Virus record (IMG/VR): IMGVR_UViG_3300042879_003295
Location: 1-57,950 of that record
Direction: 5' to 3' (one strand)
Origin: a virus
Lineage: Duplodnaviria; Caudoviricetes
Length of the DNA: 57,950 nucleotides
In this document: in pieces, positions 45,479 through 55,005 of the stretch
Position numbering within the stretch: position 1 is the stretch's first letter
Layout of the letters: the number at the start of each line of letters is the position of its first letter
The notes under the pieces: model-generated
Told to the model about the DNA's origin: nothing
The model's input: the letters and a program-made list of their open reading frames with translations, nothing else
Databases searched by the model: none
Translations under genes and position numbers: made by a program

Positions 45479-46540
45479 TCACAAGGCATTGCCCCTTGGA
45501 AGTACCTCTTCTGGGAACACAAAGTTCTCGTGAGGTTGATCTACTGGTGCCATCCAAGCACGAAGTCCTTCATTGAGTAGAATGTTCTTCGTATAGAATG
45601 TCTCAAACTCAGGATCCTCTGCCGCACGAATCTCCTGACTTACAAAGTCGTAAGCACGAAGGTTAAGAGCAAGGCCAATAATACCAATAGAGGATGTCCA
45701 TAGACCCATAACAGGTACAAATAACATAAAGAAATGAAGCCAACGCTTATTAGAAAAAGCAATGCCAAAGATCTGAGACCAAAAACGATTTGCTGTAACC
45801 ATCGAATAGGTCTCTTCCTCTTGGGTTGGTTCAAATGCTTTAAATGTATTCGACTGTTCACTGTCTTCATAAAGTGTATTCTCTACGGTTGCTCCGTGAA
45901 TCGCACAGAGCAGTGCTCCTCCCAGTATACCAGCAACTCCCATCATGTGGAAGGGGTTCAGCGTCCAGTTGTGGAAGCCCTGCAGGAACAGCAGGAAGCG
46001 GAAGATCGCCGCCACACCGAAGGAAGGGGCGAAGAACCAACTGGATTGTCCCAGTGGGTACATAAGGAATACAGAAACAAAGACTGCAATGGGACCAGAG
46101 AATGCGATTGCATTATAAGGACGGATACCGACCAGACGAGCAATCTCAAACTGACGAAGCATAAACCCTATAAGAGCGAAGGCTCCGTGGAGCGCCACAA
46201 AAGGCCAGAGTCCCCCAAGTTGGACCCAGCGGACGAAATCCCCTTGAGACTCAGGACCCCAAAGTAGAAGAAGAGAATGACCCATAGCGTCAGCAGGAGT
46301 TGACACTGCTGCTGTAAGAAAATTGCAACCCTCAAGGTAAGAAGACGCAATCCCGTGGGTGTACCAACTTGTAGCAAACGTTGTGCCAGTAAGCCAGCCA
46401 CCAAGCGCAAGATAAGCAGTGGGAAAAAGAAGTAGTCCAGACCAACCCACAAAGACAAAGCGATCTCGTTTAAGCCAGTCATCCAGGACATCAAACCATC
46501 CTCTCTGCGAAGTTTGTTGCGAAAGTGTAGATGAAACCAT
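45479..46540 (-). CDS. psbD: Photosystem II D2 protein
   Basis: [17 protein letters not shown] ... [12 protein letters not shown]. Confidence 0.99.
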   Translation of the reverse strand: MVSSTLSQQTSQRGWFDVLDDWLKRDRFVFVGWSGLLLFPTAYLALGGWLTGTTFATSWYTHGIASSYLEGCNFLTAAVSTPADAMGHSLLLLWGPESQGDFVRWVQLGGLWPFVALHGAFALIGFMLRQFEIARLVGIRPYNAIAFSGPIAVFVSVFLMYPLGQSSWFFAPSFGVAAIFRFLLFLQGFHNWTLNPFHMMGVAGILGGALLCAIHGATVENTLYEDSEQSNTFKAFEPTQEEETYSMVTANRFWSQIFGIAFSNKRWLHFFMLFVPVMGLWTSSIGIIGLALNLRAYDFVSQEIRAAEDPEFETFYTKNILLNEGLRAWMAPVDQPHENFVFPEEVLPRGNAL

Positions 46541-46559
46541 AGCCTCCTATGTTATTTCT

Positions 46560-46595
46560 CATATTTATCTTAACATAAGTTAACAAACGGGTCAA
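46560..46595 (-). promoter_or_regulatory. psbD promoter: sigma70, overlapping late ATAAATA, and HLR1-like repeat
   Basis: TTGACC-N17-TAAGAT; TTAACATA-AG-TTAACAAA direct repeat at 46570-46587. Confidence 0.65.
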
Positions 46596-46604
46596 TGAGT
46601 GTTT

Positions 46605-47411
46605 CTACTCAAAAAAATTATCAAGCGGGGAAAAAGAAGAAATTCTATTTTGTGCCATATCAATATATTCTTGATGAATTTCTACTCCAAGATATTGACG
46701 TTTAAGATCAACACATGAAATAGCAGTTGTCCCACTTCCCATAAAAGGATCCAAAACAATGTCACCAATGTATGAATAATACTTTACTATCTTATCACTG
46801 AGTTCTTTTGGATAAGGTGCAAGATGTTTAGACGCAGTTTCTGGATTAATCTTCCAAACATTCGAACGCTCATAGTCTTCTTTGACTAGAGACTGCTCAA
46901 GAACATCTCCACCATAAGATCTTACAACTTTATCAATCAAAAAGTTTGCTGGTTTCTGAAAGATAAAGATAGTTTCACTTACAATATTTGGTTTATAAGC
47001 AACTGGTTTACGATGCTGATAAAAACCACCATTACGATTAATAGCAGCACCTTCTGGTTTTACCCAAACAATATCATCAATATACTTCCATCCCATCTTC
47101 TCCATCAAAGAAAAGAAATGAAATGGAATGGCAAGTCTCTTACTTTCATGTGCTCTCGATTCTCTTGCCTCAATTACAGGGGAAAGATTTACGGCACACA
47201 TTCTTCCTGGTTTGGTGACTCTTAGAACCTCAACAAATACATTATCAAGAAATTGCAAATACTCTTCATAAGTTGGCCAAATAGAATATGCCCGAGCATT
47301 ATAATACGGTGGAGAAGTACAAGTAAGGTGAACAGTATCATCACCAATTGTCTTTAGAACTTCTTGACAGTCACCAAGAATAATTTGATTCATCCGTTTT
47401 GCGGTTTGCAT
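46605..47411 (-). CDS. DNA methyltransferase (N4-C/N6-A, beta class)
   Basis: TSPPY catalytic motif precedes H.A.YP and VLDPFMGSGTT SAM motif. Confidence 0.92.
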   Translation of the reverse strand: MQTAKRMNQIILGDCQEVLKTIGDDTVHLTCTSPPYYNARAYSIWPTYEEYLQFLDNVFVEVLRVTKPGRMCAVNLSPVIEARESRAHESKRLAIPFHFFSLMEKMGWKYIDDIVWVKPEGAAINRNGGFYQHRKPVAYKPNIVSETIFIFQKPANFLIDKVVRSYGGDVLEQSLVKEDYERSNVWKINPETASKHLAPYPKELSDKIVKYYSYIGDIVLDPFMGSGTTAISCVDLKRQYLGVEIHQEYIDMAQNRISSFSPLDNFFE

Positions 47412-47427
47412 AAGGTCATTATAGCAT

Positions 47428-47452
47428 AAAAAAGAGACCCTTTCGGGTCTCT
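47428..47452 (-). terminator. Intrinsic terminator after psbA
   Basis: AGAGACCC-GAAA-GGGTCTCT followed by a T run. Confidence 0.85.
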
Positions 47453-47472
47453 CAAAAACTATTGAGTTTTTA

Positions 47473-48552
47473 TCAACCGATTGCGGGAGCAGTCAGAGCA
47501 ACAGGAGTTGCTTCGGCAGCGGCAAGGTCAAGAGGGAAGTTGTGAGCATTGCGCTCGTGCATCACTTCCATGCCCAGACCAGCGCGGTTCAGAACATCAG
47601 CCCAAGTATTGAGCACATGACCCTGATTATCCATAATGGACTGGTTGAAGTTGAAACCGTTGAGGTTAAATGCCATCGTGGAAACACCAAGAGCGGTGAA
47701 CCAGATGCCTACAACGGGCCAAGCGGCAAGGAAGAAGTGCAGCGAACGGGAGTTATTAAAGGAAGCATATTGGAAAATAAGGCGTCCAAAATAACCGTGA
47801 GCAGCAACGATGTTATAAGTCTCTTCTTCTTGACCGAACTTGTAACCATAGTTCTGGGACTCATTCTCGGTGGTCTCACGAACCAGCGAGGAAGTAACCA
47901 GAGAACCGTGCATAGCACTGAACAGAGAACCACCAAACACACCAGCAACACCAAGCATATGGAAGGGGTGCATCAGGATGTTGTGCTCTGCCTGGAACAC
48001 AAGCATGTAGTTAAAAGTACCAGAGATACCAAGAGGCATCGCATCAGAGAAAGAACCTTGACCGAAAGGATAGACCAGGAACACTGCACTCGCAGCAGCG
48101 ACAGGTGCGCTGTAAGCAACACAGATCCAAGGACGCATACCCAGACGATAGGAGAGTTCCCACTCACGACCCATGTAGGCGTAGATACCAATCAGGAAGT
48201 GGAACACAACCAGTTGGAAAGGGCCACCGTTGTAGAGCCACTCATCTAGGGAAGCAGCTTCCCAGATGGGGTAAAAGTGCAGTCCAATTGCGTTGGACGA
48301 AGGAACTACAGCACCAGAGATGATGTTGTTTCCGTACATGAGTGAACCAGCAACGGGTTCACGGATACCATCAATGTCCACAGGAGGAGCACCGATGAAT
48401 GCGATGATGAAACAAGTCGTAGCAGCAAGCAGGGTAGGAATCATCAGGACTCCGAACCAACCGACATAAAGACGATTATCGGTTGAAGTAACCCAGTTGC
48501 AGAACTGTTCCCAAGTATTCGATTGTTGTTGACGTGAAATTGTAGCAGTCAT
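47473..48552 (-). CDS. psbA: Photosystem II D1 protein, intron-less
   Basis: [15 protein letters not shown] ... [13 protein letters not shown] plus C-terminal extension. Confidence 0.99.
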   Translation of the reverse strand: MTATISRQQQSNTWEQFCNWVTSTDNRLYVGWFGVLMIPTLLAATTCFIIAFIGAPPVDIDGIREPVAGSLMYGNNIISGAVVPSSNAIGLHFYPIWEAASLDEWLYNGGPFQLVVFHFLIGIYAYMGREWELSYRLGMRPWICVAYSAPVAAASAVFLVYPFGQGSFSDAMPLGISGTFNYMLVFQAEHNILMHPFHMLGVAGVFGGSLFSAMHGSLVTSSLVRETTENESQNYGYKFGQEEETYNIVAAHGYFGRLIFQYASFNNSRSLHFFLAAWPVVGIWFTALGVSTMAFNLNGFNFNQSIMDNQGHVLNTWADVLNRAGLGMEVMHERNAHNFPLDLAAAEATPVALTAPAIG

Positions 48553-48561
48553 TTGTAATAA

Positions 48562-48662
48562 ACAGGTAGTAAGACCATCAGGGAAATGGTGGTGATACTA
48601 TGCTCCCCGCACCCTCAGCGGGGATATGAGAGACGTAATTTATACACCCTAGAGGTCTCGGT
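48562..48662 (-). ncRNA. Structured psbA 5' leader (PhotoRC-II-like RNA motif)
   Basis: Hairpins GAGAC/GTCTC, TCCCCGC/GCGGGGA and ACCAT/ATGGT with a GAGGG-loop/CCCT-loop complementarity; position upstream of phage psbA. Confidence 0.65.
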
Positions 48663-48701
48663 TTACGGGGTGTTAGCAATGTTAAGAATTATGAGGAATT
48701 C

Positions 48702-48751
48702 GTAACATTTGTTTACCTATTTATCATACTACGATCTGGTTCTGGTGTCAA
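48702..48751 (-). promoter_or_regulatory. psbA promoter: sigma70, late ATAAATA, HLR1-like repeat
   Basis: TTGACA-N17-TATGAT (48723-48751); GTAACATT-TG-TTTACCTA at 48702-48719. Confidence 0.7.
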
Positions 48752-48791
48752 GACCCAAAGGATAAATATTTTTAATGGTAATAATTTGTAT

Positions 48792-49307
48792 ATGGATTTA
48801 AATATTATGGTCATTGATAATTTTTTGGACCATCCTGACAAAGTAAGAGAGTCTGTTTTAAAAATTGATTTTCCAACAACTGGAAGTTTTCCAGGTAAAA
48901 GAAGTTTTAGAGCGGATTCAGATTACCAGAGAATGGTAAAAAATAAATTAGAGTCCATCTTTAACAAAGAATTATTTTTTCCAGTAAAGTTTGATTCTTT
49001 CTGCTTTCAGATATGTTTAGAAGATGCTGAGAGTTGGGTACACACCGATGAAGCAGAATGGGCAGGAGTTCTTTATTTAACACCTGATGCACCTACTGGA
49101 TCTGGTACGGGAATCTATACAAAAGATGGGAAAGAAGCATATCTAAATACAATGCTTGGCAATGTTTATAACCGTTTAGTCTTATACAAAGGTAATAAAC
49201 TACCGCACAGAAGTATGATTAGTGGGTTTGGTGATAGTTTAGAAAACGGTAGGTTGACACAAGTTTTATTCTTCAATACCTTTGATAACGGTGAAGAACA
49301 TTTATAA
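48792..49307 (+). CDS. 2OG-Fe(II) oxygenase-like protein (DUF6445-like)
   Basis: VIDNF..HPD.VR, WVHTD, WAGVLYL.P, YNRLVLY, RLTQV.FF. Confidence 0.78.
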   Translation: MDLNIMVIDNFLDHPDKVRESVLKIDFPTTGSFPGKRSFRADSDYQRMVKNKLESIFNKELFFPVKFDSFCFQICLEDAESWVHTDEAEWAGVLYLTPDAPTGSGTGIYTKDGKEAYLNTMLGNVYNRLVLYKGNKLPHRSMISGFGDSLENGRLTQVLFFNTFDNGEEHL

Positions 49308-49341
49308 AGCAACTAAATAAAAATAAAAGTAAGTTGGAACA

Positions 49342-49533
49342 ATGCTAAACGAGGGTACTCATAGAAGACTTATTAAAATTTGCACAAAACTTTCTAAAAG
49401 TGAGTCTGTTCCCGAGTATGATTTACTTTGGGCACAGAAGAACGCTATCTACTCAGAAGAAGCAGAAGCACTTCTTAGAAAAGTAAATCTTTTTATTGAA
49501 GCAAAAGATCAAGAAGATACTACAGAAGTCTAA
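49342..49533 (+). CDS. Hypothetical protein (63 aa)
   Basis: CTAAATA late-promoter-like element upstream. Confidence 0.55.
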   Translation: MLNEGTHRRLIKICTKLSKSESVPEYDLLWAQKNAIYSEEAEALLRKVNLFIEAKDQEDTTEV

Positions 49534-49685
49534 CGAGAATATTCTTCTATCTTATCTAAAAGTCTATTAAGATACTTATGCGCCAATCCCTTTGGATCTG
49601 AGGTCCAACCTTCAGAATCCAATTGGGATTTTATTTTCAAGATTTCACATTTAATAATATCTTTAGTCAATTGTCCGCGTGGCAT
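49530..49685 (-). CDS. Small hypothetical protein (51 aa)
   Basis: Manual translation MPRGQLTKDIIKCEILKIK...AHKYLNRLLDKIEEYSR; CTAAATA upstream. Confidence 0.6.
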   Translation of the reverse strand: MPRGQLTKDIIKCEILKIKSQLDSEGWTSDPKGLAHKYLNRLLDKIEEYSR

Positions 49686-49744
49686 AATACTAAAAAACTC
49701 TGCTGCTTATTTAGCAACAGAGTTGAGTAGTATTAAGTGTTATA

Positions 49745-50272
49745 TCAAACAGTCGTACCGACTTTCACATTTGCCGAAACATATTCTAGAACATTTTCGG
49801 GTGTTGATACTTCGTAAGGGTCGGTGTCTGCATTGTCACGCTTACCGTTTTCCACGAATAATTTCTCGATGATTCCGTTATCCACGACCGCAGCATAACG
49901 CCAAGAGCGATCCCCGAAACCAAGGTTAGACTTGTTGACAAGCATTCCCATAGAACGTGTGAAGTAAGCATTGCCATCTGGAATGAGTTTGACTTTCTCA
50001 ATGTTCTGGTCTTGTGCCCAAGCATTCATCACAAACCCATCATTAACAGAGATGCAGTAAATATCGTCGATGCCAAGACCAATAAAGTCGTCGTATTTCT
50101 CTTCGAATCCAGGAAGCTGATAGGCACTGCAAGTAGGAGTGAAAGCACCAGGCAGACTAAAAATGACCACACGCTTCCCATCGAAAAGTTCTGCAGTTGT
50201 TTTATTTACAAAGTCCCCAGATTCACGAAAAGTGAATTGTACTTGAGGAACTTGATAACCTTCGCTACGCAT
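49745..50272 (-). CDS. Peroxiredoxin (type II/Prx5-like)
   Basis: FSLPGAFTPTCS, SVND.FVM.AW, RSWRYA; GGAGG RBS. Confidence 0.93.
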   Translation of the reverse strand: MRSEGYQVPQVQFTFRESGDFVNKTTAELFDGKRVVIFSLPGAFTPTCSAYQLPGFEEKYDDFIGLGIDDIYCISVNDGFVMNAWAQDQNIEKVKLIPDGNAYFTRSMGMLVNKSNLGFGDRSWRYAAVVDNGIIEKLFVENGKRDNADTDPYEVSTPENVLEYVSANVKVGTTV

Positions 50273-50283
50273 ATTAACCTCCA

Positions 50284-50403
50284 TCACCAAATACCAGGAA
50301 TGAGTTGACCAGTAGTAAGGTAAGAAGCAACACCAGCAACAAAACCGATCATTGCTAGTCGGGCATTGAGAATCTCAGCCTCAGGGGTAAATCCAAATTT
50401 CAT
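50284..50403 (-). CDS. hli: High-light inducible protein (39 aa)
   Basis: MKFGFTPEAEILNARLAMIGF...TTGQLIPGIW (E..N.R.AM motif); AGGAG RBS. Confidence 0.92.
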   Translation of the reverse strand: MKFGFTPEAEILNARLAMIGFVAGVASYLTTGQLIPGIW

Positions 50404-50418
50404 TTTAGTTCTCCTAAA

Positions 50419-50709
50419 TTAAAGGTTTTCTTCTTGTTCTGTAAGAATTACACAATCAGACTTGGGATAAGCAACACAGAGAAGTGCAAATCCTTCTGCC
50501 ATTTGGTCATCATCAAGGAACGATTGTTCTTCATTATCAATCTCTCCCGAGATTACTTTACCAGCACAAGAGGAGCAAGCACCTGCTTTACAAGAGTAAG
50601 GAAGGTCAATACCTGCTTCTTCTGCTGCTTCAAGAATATATTGATCTTCTGGACATTGAATGACATTTTCAGTTCCATCAGCGGAACGAAGAGTAATACT
50701 ATAAGTCAT
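50419..50709 (-). CDS. petF: Plant-type [2Fe-2S] ferredoxin
   Basis: [13 protein letters not shown] ... LLCVAYP. Confidence 0.96.
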   Translation of the reverse strand: MTYSITLRSADGTENVIQCPEDQYILEAAEEAGIDLPYSCKAGACSSCAGKVISGEIDNEEQSFLDDDQMAEGFALLCVAYPKSDCVILTEQEENL

Positions 50710-50795
50710 TAGTAAGTTTTAGAAAGTTGATTTACAGACGCTGCCAATAAGACGAAAAAGGCAACAGATGTAATTGTAAACGTAATTTCTACCAT
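50709..50795 (-). CDS. 28-aa single-pass membrane peptide
   Basis: [28 protein letters not shown]; TAATG coupling to petF. Confidence 0.55.
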   Translation of the reverse strand: MVEITFTITSVAFFVLLAASVNQLSKTY

Positions 50796-50808
50796 TGTCA
50801 ATCAATTA

Positions 50809-51003
50809 TCAGAAGATTCCGAAGAAGAGTTTGCCAGTGATAGCATAAGAAAGAGCGCCAGCAACAATGCCGACCATTGCCCAGCGTCCATTATACTTCT
50901 CCTTTACTTGATTGGGAGTATCCATCCCATAGTTTTCATAATACATTGTGGGTTCTTTAGCAAACATATTTTGCTGCCCACGTTCATTAGTTGTTACGGT
51001 CAT
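50809..51003 (-). CDS. hli: High-light inducible protein (64 aa)
   Basis: G.QNMFAKEP N-terminus and EKYNGRWAMVG motif. Confidence 0.92.
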   Translation of the reverse strand: MTVTTNERGQQNMFAKEPTMYYENYGMDTPNQVKEKYNGRWAMVGIVAGALSYAITGKLFFGIF

Positions 51004-51011
51004 TTCGTTTT

Positions 51012-51066
51012 ATTACGAATTGTTACAACATTATATAGCAAAAATAAAGAGGGGTCAAGCCCCTCT
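51012..51066 (-). promoter_or_regulatory. hli operon promoter with HLR1-like repeat, overlapping a terminator hairpin
   Basis: TTGACC-N17-TATAAT (51030-51058); ATTACGAA-TT-GTTACAAC (51012-51029); hairpin AGAGGGG/CCCCTCT (51048-51066). Confidence 0.75.
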
Positions 51067-51100
51067 CGTTACGGTTTTCACACACACTGAGTATAAATTA

Positions 51101-51919
51101 CTACTGTTGCTCTGGTGGTGGTTGATTTTCTTGATATTGGAGAGATGGTGGTAGAGTTCCAAAATATGGATCGTAATTAAAAATTTCATTCCAATCTGGA
51201 ATTTGCAAGGCACTGTTTTTCCAGAAACTCCAAAGTCCTTCATAAGAACTTTTATGGAAAGTCTCAATATGCTCATGATGAATTGATGATCCCAATTCCA
51301 ACTTATAAAGGAAAAGAGGAATTGCAAAAGTATTACCAGAATTGTAAATCAAATCATCCGCCACAGCGCGAGGTTTAGATCCATTATCCAACTTATACTT
51401 GTCATCCCTAAGATGAAGTCTTAAAAGTTTTTCTGCATGATGACGAGTAATCATATAACAAGCAGTAGAAAAATCATTCACAAAACGTTTGTGAATTCTC
51501 AAATGAACTTGTGCTGGATTAATGATCGCCAACTGAATGACATCATAATGATATGGGACTTGAGAAAAGAAATCTTTCCAAGTAAAAGGCCAATATCTTA
51601 CAGTTTCCAAATCACAATCATCTTCCATAATCAAGGCACATGGATGATCGGTTTCTTCAACAAAATAACGTAGTGCTTTAAGATGAGAAGTCACACACCC
51701 AACTTCTCCAGATGACATCATATCTGGATATCTACCCTTAATAATATCACTCAGATCATCTTCACGACCATCATGGGCAGAAATACGAGTATAATCTTCG
51801 ATTTCCCAATATTTTAATTGATCAACCATAAACTTATCACGTTCTGGTTGACCATCAAGATTGAGATAAATGATGGGTGGCAATCCCTTTAGTTTGTATG
51901 CTGATTTGTTTTTGTCCAT
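51101..51919 (-). CDS. Glycosyltransferase family 25-like
   Basis: YLNLD....R, GEVGC..SH, IMEDD, STACY.I. Confidence 0.85.
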   Translation of the reverse strand: MDKNKSAYKLKGLPPIIYLNLDGQPERDKFMVDQLKYWEIEDYTRISAHDGREDDLSDIIKGRYPDMMSSGEVGCVTSHLKALRYFVEETDHPCALIMEDDCDLETVRYWPFTWKDFFSQVPYHYDVIQLAIINPAQVHLRIHKRFVNDFSTACYMITRHHAEKLLRLHLRDDKYKLDNGSKPRAVADDLIYNSGNTFAIPLFLYKLELGSSIHHEHIETFHKSSYEGLWSFWKNSALQIPDWNEIFNYDPYFGTLPPSLQYQENQPPPEQQ

Positions 51920-52533
51920 TATGCTTTTCTAATGTAAAGTGCGTCTCCCCAAATTTGTCCTTCCCAAGAAGTTTCTACTCTTTCCATATTATATTGGGAA
52001 AGGAATTCATCAAGTTCCTCAACGTAAGCGTTGCCTTCATAAACTTCATCACGATTGACCTCGCAATAAACATAGTCAACGTTTTCTAAAGTTTTTTTAG
52101 CACCCTTTAGGACTTCCAGTTCATATCCCTGAACGTCCATATTAATGAAATTATACTTGTTATAATTAAAATCGTCAAGAACTTTAACCTCAACTTCCTC
52201 AGTTTCTGGAAACTTTACATGGGGGTGATGAGTAATATGAACTTTAGGTTTCAATAAAGAACTACTTTGCTTTTCATTATCACTCACATACATAGTTGCT
52301 ACAGTTTCTTCTGGTCCCAAAGCAACTTGATGTGCAATAATATTAGCATTTAAATCTTTAATATTCTCACAAAGAACATCAAAAGAATCGCTCAATGGTT
52401 CGAAGATAACAATCTCTTGGATACCATTTCGAACGTATTCATCAATCTCTTCACCATAATGTCCACCAATATGGATGATACCTTTTACATCCATATTGTA
52501 TTTCTTTCTAAGTCCAGTAAAACTCAATAACAT
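51919..52533 (-). CDS. FkbM-family methyltransferase
   Basis: HIGGH.GEE, FEP, NMDVQGYELEVLKGA. Confidence 0.88.
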   Translation of the reverse strand: MLLSFTGLRKKYNMDVKGIIHIGGHYGEEIDEYVRNGIQEIVIFEPLSDSFDVLCENIKDLNANIIAHQVALGPEETVATMYVSDNEKQSSSLLKPKVHITHHPHVKFPETEEVEVKVLDDFNYNKYNFINMDVQGYELEVLKGAKKTLENVDYVYCEVNRDEVYEGNAYVEELDEFLSQYNMERVETSWEGQIWGDALYIRKA

Positions 52534-52534
52534 T

Positions 52535-53281
52535 TTAAACCTCTATAAAATCTCCAAGAATAGTATGTAGAACTGAAGTCTTATGACTATCTACAACTTG
52601 TAATCCATTATGCCAATTACAGGCATTTCTGAAATGAAGAAACTTACCATCAAGATGGAGTTCCATTTCATATCCACCATTAGAAACTGATGGGTCCTTA
52701 AGATTTATATCCCGATAATTATCAGGATATTCTACATCAGTTGGAGTAAATCTGATGTTAGAACTACGAATGAGTTTATAAGTTCCTCCACAAGAATCTA
52801 GAAGTTGCCCCTCAACGTGCTGTGGATAGAAATCAAAATCTTCTTTCTCAAGAGCACTCTTTCTAAAGAAGATCAATCCTTGCCAAACATACTCAACACT
52901 GCCACGAGTTTGTACACATCCAGCAAGATCACAATTCTCCATAAACTCATTCACACTGAATGATTCGATAAGGAAGTTATCATGGTCTAGAATTGCCACA
53001 AAACAATCCTCAGAATCTTGCAGAATCACATTATTATAAGTCCACTGAATCGCATCAGAGTTATAAAAACTTGGAGTGTTTCCTGGTTGAGAAATATGAT
53101 GATGTAGAGAAATATTATTCCTGTCACATATTTTTTTAAATTGTTCCAAAAACTCATTATCACGAGTGTCGTAAACAACGTGAAACTCAAAATCATCTTT
53201 TAGATAATTTTTAAAACAATCAATCTGATACTGAAGAATATCAGGACGATTAAAAACAAAAGTAAAAACTTTAACTTTCAT
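52535..53281 (-). CDS. Putative GT-A glycosyltransferase
   Basis: FNRPD.L..Q, LDHD (DxD) motif; glycan cluster context. Confidence 0.6.
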   Translation of the reverse strand: MKVKVFTFVFNRPDILQYQIDCFKNYLKDDFEFHVVYDTRDNEFLEQFKKICDRNNISLHHHISQPGNTPSFYNSDAIQWTYNNVILQDSEDCFVAILDHDNFLIESFSVNEFMENCDLAGCVQTRGSVEYVWQGLIFFRKSALEKEDFDFYPQHVEGQLLDSCGGTYKLIRSSNIRFTPTDVEYPDNYRDINLKDPSVSNGGYEMELHLDGKFLHFRNACNWHNGLQVVDSHKTSVLHTILGDFIEV

Positions 53282-54113
53282 AGTGATCTAGCAAAATTTG
53301 CACGGTCTTTTGTGGGGATAATTCTCTCTGAATATAGTCTTGTGGAGAATAATTAGAAAGATTAGAATAAAAGTAATCAAATCCAGATTCTAGTTCATCA
53401 ATGGAACTAATTTTATAACCACACTCATCTGACCAATAAGGAACTGAAGTGGCAGGAACAGAATATTCAGACCCCATATGATCCCATACAATCTGATCCC
53501 ATACAAAAATTGGTTTATTAACTGCCATCATTTCTTGAGTGGCAATTCCCTGACTCTCAGTATTATCAATTATAACACAGAATTTGACTTCCCCAATAGA
53601 TTCTAAAAACTCTTCTTGAGAGTAATTACCATATTCCAAACCTGTATAAGTGAGTCCTCTTTTTTCGAGAAGACTTAAAACAGATTGCAAATGCTCAACT
53701 GGTCTATTTTTATAGTAGACTAAACAATCAACTGTTGGATTATTGTTTATCTGTGGCGCATAAATTGCAACTGGCCAATTAATAGTTCCTCTTACATTAA
53801 AGAACTTAGTATATAAATCGGCAACCCATTGGGATGGAGTAATAATTTTTCCATACTCAGTAAGTTGAGAAAACTCAGGTGCGAAAGGCCACACCTGAGG
53901 TCCTACCAATAAAGTTTCTTTGTTCTTTATTTCTGCATAGTTATTGACTTGATATGGATCCCAATGCAAAAACAAATTATTTTTATATTTTTCTTCATTC
54001 TCAGCATATGGAATTCCCATATCATTTAAAGAATGAAATAAGTTTTGTATGACCTTCTTTGGTCCAGACATTCTACCCTGTAGATGACTGTCTCTATAAA
54101 AAACATTAAGCAT
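53271..54113 (-). CDS. Putative GT-B glycosyltransferase (GT4-like)
   Basis: SGP.KV, PS.W, ESQGIATQEMMA..KP (E-x7-E). Confidence 0.7.
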   Translation of the reverse strand: MLNVFYRDSHLQGRMSGPKKVIQNLFHSLNDMGIPYAENEEKYKNNLFLHWDPYQVNNYAEIKNKETLLVGPQVWPFAPEFSQLTEYGKIITPSQWVADLYTKFFNVRGTINWPVAIYAPQINNNPTVDCLVYYKNRPVEHLQSVLSLLEKRGLTYTGLEYGNYSQEEFLESIGEVKFCVIIDNTESQGIATQEMMAVNKPIFVWDQIVWDHMGSEYSVPATSVPYWSDECGYKISSIDELESGFDYFYSNLSNYSPQDYIQRELSPQKTVQILLDHYES

Positions 54114-55005
54114 TTGCAGAAATCCAATCCTCTAATTTCATAGTTGGTTCCCAACCAAAAGTTTTTTTAATTTTCTGATTATTAGCAAGACTAAATCTAA
54201 CTTCACCTGGACGTGGAGTGAGATTAGTTGTTTCTCCACCAATCATCCTTGCAATTTGATTTACAGACACATTGGTTCCTGTTCCAACATTATAAACTTG
54301 ACCATATGCTTCATAATCAACATCAGATAACGCAGCAGTTATATTTGCATTACATATATCTCCAACATAAACAAAATCTCTACGTTGATTGCCATCACCA
54401 ACGATTGTCAAAGTTTTTCCCTCAGATTTTTGCCTCATAAAAATAGCAACAACAGGAGCATATTGCCCCCTATAAGGTTGCCTCTCTCCATATACATTAA
54501 AATACCTGAAAATAATTGTTGGCAATCCATACAACTCTGTGTACATTTTACAGAGTTTTTCTCCATTTACTTTGGAAACAGAATATGGGTTTAAACAATC
54601 ATCAGGTTGAGTCTCAACATTAGGAGATTCATTTTTACCATAAGCAGATGCAGTTGATGAATACATCACTCTTTTAACACCTGCTTCACGAGCACACTGA
54701 AGAACTGTACAGGTTCCAACAGAATTAACTGTCACAGCATGAATTGGATTCTCAATCGCTGGTTGTATATGAGATTCTGCTGCAAGATGAAACACATAAT
54801 CTACACCGTCAAAAAGTGGTCGAATTTCTTTATAGTTACAAATATCAAGAACACAATTCAAAGCACTGGGATTCCAATAAAATTGTTCATTAGTTGCTGA
54901 TGATTCATTATCAATCACAACAACTTCGTGTCCCAGATTTATAAGACGATCAACAAGATTTGATCCGATAAATCCTGCACCACCTGTCACTAAACATTTC
55001 ATCAA
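54106..55005 (-). CDS. NAD-dependent nucleotide-sugar epimerase/dehydratase
   Basis: TGGAGFIGS, YSVSK (YxxxK), RYFNVYG, RDFVYV. Confidence 0.92.
   Translation of the reverse strand: MMKCLVTGGAGFIGSNLVDRLINLGHEVVVIDNESSATNEQFYWNPSALNCVLDICNYKEIRPLFDGVDYVFHLAAESHIQPAIENPIHAVTVNSVGTCTVLQCAREAGVKRVMYSSTASAYGKNESPNVETQPDDCLNPYSVSKVNGEKLCKMYTELYGLPTIIFRYFNVYGERQPYRGQYAPVVAIFMRQKSEGKTLTIVGDGNQRRDFVYVGDICNANITAALSDVDYEAYGQVYNVGTGTNVSVNQIARMIGGETTNLTPRPGEVRFSLANNQKIKKTFGWEPTMKLEDWISANA

Noticed and set aside
47542-48249. 235-aa plus-strand ORF, and the similar 45734-46267 ORF
   Set aside because: Antisense shadows of psbA and psbD
47473-48552. Group I intron or homing endonuclease in psbA or psbD
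   Set aside because: Both frames are uninterrupted and of normal length
48702-48716. NtcA box at psbA
   Set aside because: Spacing is GTA-N9-TAC rather than N8; it reads better as an HLR1-like repeat
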